The notes under the pieces are model-generated. The model worked only from the letters and a program-made list of their open reading frames with translations. It did not search any database and was not told the origin of the DNA. Made by a program: the position numbers and the translations under genes. From Phoronis australis (Eukaryota > Animalia > Phoronida), in assembly GCA_002633005.1 (NCBI GenBank), contig NMRA01000240.1:62001-126000 (forward strand): a stretch of 64,000 bases of DNA, given 5' to 3'. The first letter of the stretch is position 1. Every line of letters starts with the position of its first letter. Of this stretch, positions 62,325-64,000 are shown piece by piece.

Positions 62325-64000
62325 CACTATGCGTTACCTCAATAGAAACATTGGTTCATTTGAGCTCCAACTGTTTTGATTTCTGGTCTCTCCCCCTCAC
62401 AATGCATTTTGATGTGTACCTGTGCAGTCTCTTCTCTACCTGTGTCGCGTTAATTTTAAAGTTCGTGCTTCTGTTCTGGTCTAAATCAAATGTGATCTAG
62501 GTAGAATGACTAATTACTGGCATATTAAGCTTTTAGTTTTGAAAAATTTTCACTTTCTGCAAGGTTGTTTCCCTTATATTTTAGGGGTGAAATGTGATAA
62601 GGCGATGACGTCAATTTTAGCGAACTTTAGACAATTGCTGCAAAATACCAGTACAAAAAAACTACTTTCTATCACGAATATTTCTATTCTAGGTTAATTA
62701 ATGGAAATTTCGCTGAGTGACCTACATTTCAAATAGGTTTCAACACCACTCGGCCAGTTTTAACAAAAAAACTTCAATTTTGCGAAGTATTGAAACTCGA
62801 ACGACATATGCGCCCACTTTCTCTGCAAAATAGAGTCAACTGCCTTCACAAGGTTTTTAAATAATATACACATAGTAAGGTGTTATCTAATATAAAAAAC
62901 AAATGTCTAATGATAAATCCACTCTTGTAAAACATTTCATGCTCACCATCACATATTCATGATAATTTTGCCAAGTGCCGGTATGTTGATTTGATAGCAT
63001 TATCGATACTTGCTTTCTTTCAGATTTTTGATGTTTTGGATTTCAGTTGAGTAAGTGGTCCATTCGAGGTATCCACAAAATGTGTTAATGACATACATAG
63101 TAAACTGGATTGCTTAAAGGTCATTCATATACGAATACTAAAAAAGTTTATAGCAAAACTGCTTTTAAAATGCATACTTGTATTGACCTTAAACAAACAA
63201 TTTAGTCGAAATAATCCCTCTAGGTAATGTTACGAGACAAACCTAAAATTAAACCTTTCAAACAGTATCCAGGTGTAATTATTAAGCACTCTGTTCAATA
63301 ACAGTGCCATAACTACATTTCAAGAGCTAAAATACTGTTGAAGCAAAATCCAACCGATTTCTGTTGGCCTTTCATGCGCGTGCTTGTGATCAAAAGTATA
63401 TGTGTAGGCCTATAGTAGGTCTGTTCACATTACACATTAAAAGCAGACGAGGGTTTTTATCCTCCCCCAATGTAGTCACTACACAAGATAATAACAGATG
63501 TAAAATTAACGACAACACTTTGTGCAGGTCCGCAAACCAACCAGTTTTTTCAATGGGGGTAGGTGGGGCTCTAATTTCCACGATTTTGTACCTTGGCGGT
63601 GGCGTTCAACAGTCATTGGCCAAGTGACGCAACAAACCACAGAGATCGTAGATGGAATCCTCCAGTCGGTCAATCAAGATGGATTTCGTTTCTTCCACAA
63701 CGGAGGGATAGTCGTTTTGGTAACTTTTCACCTAACACACCACCACTCCACAACGCTTACCCACAACAGCGTCTTAGCAAAGATAATTTTAGCGCTGAGA
63801 AATATTACTCGAAATACGATATAGTACTTTGTTCTAGTCGGGCTAAGCGAGTGAGACCAACAATTAAGATTGTTTCAACTGTAGTAAATGCAGGGGAAGT
63901 CACGCCTGGTTCGTGGCTCGGTCAAGACTTGCACGTGCTTTATTCACGCTCATCTCACAATAAGTTTCTGGCACAGTCGCGCTTTCGATCAGTTCTTATT

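Overview
Animal (probably marine invertebrate) genomic DNA, AT-rich and dominated by transposon relics; not prokaryotic. The six-frame ORF track is mostly noise. Reading splice sites directly shows one large + strand gene across the window. Coding exon 1 (3957-4884) encodes a signal-peptide-like N-terminus and a von Willebrand A (VWA) domain with a degenerate MIDAS (PVSDS instead of DxSxS). It is followed by 11 small symmetric phase-1 exons (117-141 nt, AG..GT), each encoding one six-cysteine EGF-like/EB-type module. The 12 exons join into one open frame of about 783 aa with no stop, so the gene probably continues past the window. The modules appear to follow a 4-exon higher-order repeat. The introns hold a decayed Gypsy LTR retrotransposon, a Penelope-like element with a minimal hammerhead ribozyme motif, Tx1/L1 and CR1/L2-type LINE fragments, several TIR elements and MITEs (some nested), a 1.3-kb tandem duplication, palindromes and microsatellites. 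A THAP-domain relic lies upstream of exon 1.
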